Shown here: piece by piece, positions 62,685 to 64,000 of the stretch
How the letters are laid out: each line of letters begins with the position of its first letter
Numbering within the stretch: position 1 is the first letter of the stretch
Source: an uncultured Rhodanobacteraceae bacterium
GTDB taxonomy: Bacteria; Pseudomonadota; Gammaproteobacteria; Xanthomonadales; SZUA-5
Direction of reading: 5' to 3'
Assembly (NCBI GenBank): GCA_937928755.1
Contig: CALEZI010000117.1
Location: 21,541-85,540, forward strand
DNA length: 64,000 bases
Position numbers and translations under genes: made by a program
Notes under the pieces: generated by a model
Seen by the model: only the letters and a program-made list of their open reading frames with translations
Told to the model about the DNA's origin: nothing
Databases searched by the model: none

Positions 62685-64000
62685 ATGAAATGGTTCATTC
62701 GCCGCGTCATCAAGAAGGGCAAAGGCAGCCTGCAGTTCGAGGAAGAAATTCACTTCGGCGAGACGCTGACCGTTGGCCGTGCCGCCAATCAGGCCATTTT
62801 CATCAACGACCTGCGTGCCGCACTGGAGCATGCCCGCGTCGTCGCGCTGGGTAACGGTCGTTATCGTGTCGAGTCGCTGGTCGCCTCCGGAATACGCATC
62901 GATGGTCGCTTCGAGCACGCCGCGACGGCCACTTCCGGCTGCACCCTCGAAATTGGCAACGTGCGCATCACGCTGGTGGACCCGCCTGCCGACTTTGAAG
63001 CTGCGGTGGAAGTCGGGTTGGTCGACAAGGCTGAAGTCGCCGCGCGCGAAATATCCGAAGCGCTGCCGCAGTCATTGGCCGAAGCGGGACTTGGCAAACG
63101 CAAGCTGGCTTGGACTTTGCTGCTGCTGACGCTCGCATTCGGGCTGTTGTTGCCCGTTGCCGCGCATTTCGTCCCCACCTTCCGAGCGATCACCAAGGAC
63201 GTTCCAGCCGTCGGACTCAACGCTTGGGACAGTGGTCCACTGGCAGCCGCCCACCACACCATGGCGAACGATTGCCAGAGTTGCCACGGCGAGCCGTTCA
63301 ACGTGGTCGCCGACGACAAATGCATCGTCTGTCATGCGGGCACTGCCGCGCATGCGGATCCGGTGAAATATCCGTTGCCGGACATCGCCGATGCCCGCTG
63401 CGCACATTGCCATCGCGATCACAACGGCGACGACGGCCTGGTGCGCGCCGATCAGGAACTCTGCAGCGACTGCCATCGCAACCTGAGCGAACGCGTCAAC
63501 GGCGACACACTGCTGGTCGATGTGTCCGATTTCGGCAGCAACCACCCGCAATTCAAGATTCTGCTGCCGGCGTGGGATGCGCAGGGACGGTATCAGCCGG
63601 AACGGGTCAGCATGGACCAGATTCCGTTGACCGAACGCTCCGGCCTCAAGTTCCCGCATTCAAAACATCTGCCTGCCGCAGGCTTGAAGACTCCCGATGG
63701 CGTGCGCGTGCTCGACTGCGTCGATTGCCACAAACCCGAGCCGGGCGGTGCGCTGATCGCGCCGATCAATTTCGAACTGCACTGCCAGTCGTGCCATCGC
63801 ATTGATTTCGACCTGCGCATGCCGGACCGCCAGGTGCCGCACGGGAATGCCGCCGAAGTGCAGTACATGCTCGACGAGTTCTATTCCAAGGTCGCGCTGG
63901 AAGGCGGATACGACGACGTTCAGGCACCGGTGACGGTGCGCCAGCGCAGGCGCCCTGGCGAGGCGCCGCCCAATGCTCAGGAGCAACGCGAAGCACTGGC
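62685..64000 (+). CDS. FHA-like domain / single TM helix / multihaem c-type cytochrome, 3'-partial (not in the supplied ORF track)
   Basis: I translated from the ATG at 62685 and found no stop to the window end (438 codons). N-terminal LTVGRAANQAIFINDLRAALEHARVV..GNGRYRVE...GIRIDGR....LEIGNVRITL is FHA-like. TM helix WTLLLLTLAFGLLLPVAA. Six CxxCH motifs follow: CQSCH, CIVCH, CAHCH, CSDCH, CVDCH, CQSCH. Confidence 0.75.
   Translation, partial: MKWFIRRVIKKGKGSLQFEEEIHFGETLTVGRAANQAIFINDLRAALEHARVVALGNGRYRVESLVASGIRIDGRFEHAATATSGCTLEIGNVRITLVDPPADFEAAVEVGLVDKAEVAAREISEALPQSLAEAGLGKRKLAWTLLLLTLAFGLLLPVAAHFVPTFRAITKDVPAVGLNAWDSGPLAAAHHTMANDCQSCHGEPFNVVADDKCIVCHAGTAAHADPVKYPLPDIADARCAHCHRDHNGDDGLVRADQELCSDCHRNLSERVNGDTLLVDVSDFGSNHPQFKILLPAWDAQGRYQPERVSMDQIPLTERSGLKFPHSKHLPAAGLKTPDGVRVLDCVDCHKPEPGGALIAPINFELHCQSCHRIDFDLRMPDRQVPHGNAAEVQYMLDEFYSKVALEGGYDDVQAPVTVRQRRRPGEAPPNAQEQREAL

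Overview
This is a GC-rich window (by eye roughly mid-60s % G+C, not computed) that looks like proteobacterial, probably gammaproteobacterial, chromosome. It is densely coding, and I saw no rRNA, tRNA, CRISPR array, transposase, integrase or prophage block.

**Housekeeping and metabolic genes recognised by conserved motifs:** ndh, rlmF, psuK-psuG, a stand-alone EF-G paralogue, cydAB (short CioAB-like form) with a GbsR/MarR-type regulator, a tonB / TonB-dependent receptor / piuC iron-uptake operon, algC-type phosphomannomutase, murB, pyrD and ispG. Also present are an IorAB-like molybdo-oxidoreductase, a penicillin/AHL-acylase-family protein, an MscS-family channel, several esterases and a di-haem cytochrome c peroxidase.

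**Three regions stand out.**
1. 12683-21226 holds a four-gene cluster: an AAA_5/MoxR-like ATPase, a DUF5682-like protein, a VWA protein and a SWIM+HEAT protein. It has the same architecture as I remember for the uncharacterised E. coli yehLMPQ genes. Every intergenic gap in it is occupied by a different repeat element.
2. 57357 to the window end holds a putative signalling/redox cluster. It comprises a PilZ-like protein, an FAD/NAD(P) reductase fused to two cNMP domains and a four-cluster ferredoxin, a His-rich membrane protein, and an FHA-like/TM/multihaem cytochrome c. The cytochrome ORF runs off the window and is absent from the supplied ORF track.
3. 32884-35585 holds a secreted tail-fibre-like protein, translationally coupled to a small secreted protein, with no other phage genes nearby.

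**Repeats.** The intergenic DNA is unusually rich in structured repeats:
- Classical GTGGGAGCG-type REPs.
- Two MITE-like families.
- An 80-bp nested palindrome bracketing the iorAB-like operon.
- A 3.8 x 123-bp tandem array.
- A family of hairpin elements whose arms are short tandem k-mers. The k-mer differs between loci (GACGCAAAG, GTGAAAC, GGGGCAG, GGAAAAN) and the loops are unrelated.

Many long ORFs in the supplied track are GC-driven antisense or shadow ORFs and were rejected. All product calls rest on motif recognition by eye. No database search was run.
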